DNA of 64,000 bases from Auanema rhodensis (lineage: Eukaryota > Animalia > Nematoda). The position numbers were made by a program, and so were the translations under genes. The notes below the pieces were generated by a model. That model was not told the origin of the DNA. It searched no databases and worked only from the letters and a program-made list of their open reading frames with translations. The DNA lies in contig OZ059900.1 in NCBI GenBank assembly GCA_964057225.1, positions 5,704,001 through 5,768,000 on the forward strand, given 5' to 3'. Shown here piece by piece: positions 62,589 to 64,000 of the stretch; within the stretch, counting starts at the first letter, position 1, and each line of letters starts with the position of its first letter.

Positions 62589-63765
62589 ATGGAGGCAATT
62601 GTTGGCACCTCAAAAGCTCCTCATTCCCTTGTGAGCCGTATTTTACAGGTATTTATTATAAAGTTTGCCAATTAAATTCTTATACTTTTCTGAGATATTT
62701 TAAAATCAATTTGAAAAGTAATTAACAACCATGTTTATTATAATTTTTATATTTTATTCTACTTGTCATACAATCAGAAAGTTCTACACACTAACTAAAA
62801 CTTACAATACAACTTGTAAAAAAAATTCTTTAATTCTTATCTTTGGGAAATAAAATAATAAACATATGTCGTATGTATTCGATGATTATTTTGACTAAGA
62901 TTTTTGTTTACTTTAGGTTGCTCTAGGATTGTTTGTCACGACATCTGATTTACCTTCTTTACCAAATAATTATCAGACTTTAACTTATGATTGTTCATTC
63001 GATACAAATTGCAGGTATTATTAATAACCATTATTATCATCAAGTTATAAAAATCAATTATTGATCTTTATTTTACAAATTGAAGATGGCAATCTTTTGG
63101 AAATTCAATCGATCATTGGCGCATTGCCAGAGGCGAACCAGATAGCTTACTTTGGTTAGCTGCAACGGGAACTTTACAATTACCACGTAAGTTGCTACTG
63201 ATAAGTTTATTAACATATCAATTGGATAAATGCAATAGATCATAACTCATTTCATTAAAAGTTTTTTATAATTGCGCAAAACACAGAACTGCTGTATAGT
63301 TGCTAATTAAGGTGAACCTTTCGCTCTAATTGAGACAAGAGGAAATCCTGTAGATGCTTTAGCCACTGACGACATATTATGTCAGAAAGGATATGGAGAT
63401 TTTTCGTTCACCTATTGGATAATAGGTTAATCATATATAAAAACAACTGGTTTTATTTATCTTTTAGGCGATGCTGATCTTGAAGTATGCCTTGCTAATC
63501 AGCATGGTGAGCGATTCAATTGTACTGGAAATTTAGGAGCAAAATCAATGCCCGGAAAAGTAATTCTGAAAATACCTGAAATGCAACGACCTTTCAAAGT
63601 ATTACTAAATTGCAGAAATTGTTCCTTATAAGTACTTGTTCCACTTTTTAGCTCATGATAGTCCCTAGCAATCATAGTGGCGTTCTTGTTGTTGATGATA
63701 TTCGATACGACTCATTACCATGCGAATCTGATGTTAATACAAACGTACTGGGTGGCATTTACACG
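62589..63765 (+). CDS. Nematode MAM-like domain protein, 5' part (continues beyond the window)
   Basis: Phase-compatible exons: YDCSFDTNCRWQS..DHWRIARGEPDSLLWLAATG, LATDDILCQKG..FSFTYW, DLEVCL..FNCTG, GVLVVDDIRYDSLPC; C-x-F-x3-C-x-W start and terminal DDI pattern resemble MAM domains. Start uncertain. Confidence 0.7.
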
Positions 63766-64000
63766 GTAATAATATTTCATCTTTTTCTTAAGCACACTTA
63801 TCATACAATGCGTGATCCATTATATAATACTTCATTATGACAATGAGTGATCAATTATTGACCCGTTCGTCATTTGATCTCTTCTCTTTTTCTCTTATCT
63901 GCACTTCATTTGATATTTCTCGATACCCTCTTCATATCATATTATCTTTTGCGGTTTTATTTAGTGTCGCATTCGGTTTCATCTTGTTCGATTCACATTC

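Overview
AT-rich (roughly 30% GC by eye) eukaryotic DNA with dense, very short (~40-55 nt) spliceosomal introns and nematode-type genes; most likely a compact rhabditid genome, species not determinable here. By manual exon joining it holds, in order: a near-identical head-to-tail array of a ~2.76-kb unit (two full copies plus part of a third, running off the left edge) carrying a divergent WDR5 paralog; troponin T; metabotropic glutamate receptor mgl-1; an unrecognised multi-exon gene; sec-3/EXOC1; an intronless SKP1; unc-115/abLIM; a GAPR-1-like CAP protein; a mab-7-like EGF+ShK+nitrobindin-like gene; an acireductone dioxygenase with an odd tail; ~12.5 kb without a recognisable gene; and the 5' part of a MAM-like gene. 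The most striking item is the recently amplified WDR5 paralog whose arginine-binding (WIN) pocket residues appear replaced, with the array breakpoint at a small hairpin. No rRNA, complete tRNA, CRISPR array or transposase was recognised. All homology calls are from memory of the families, not from searches.
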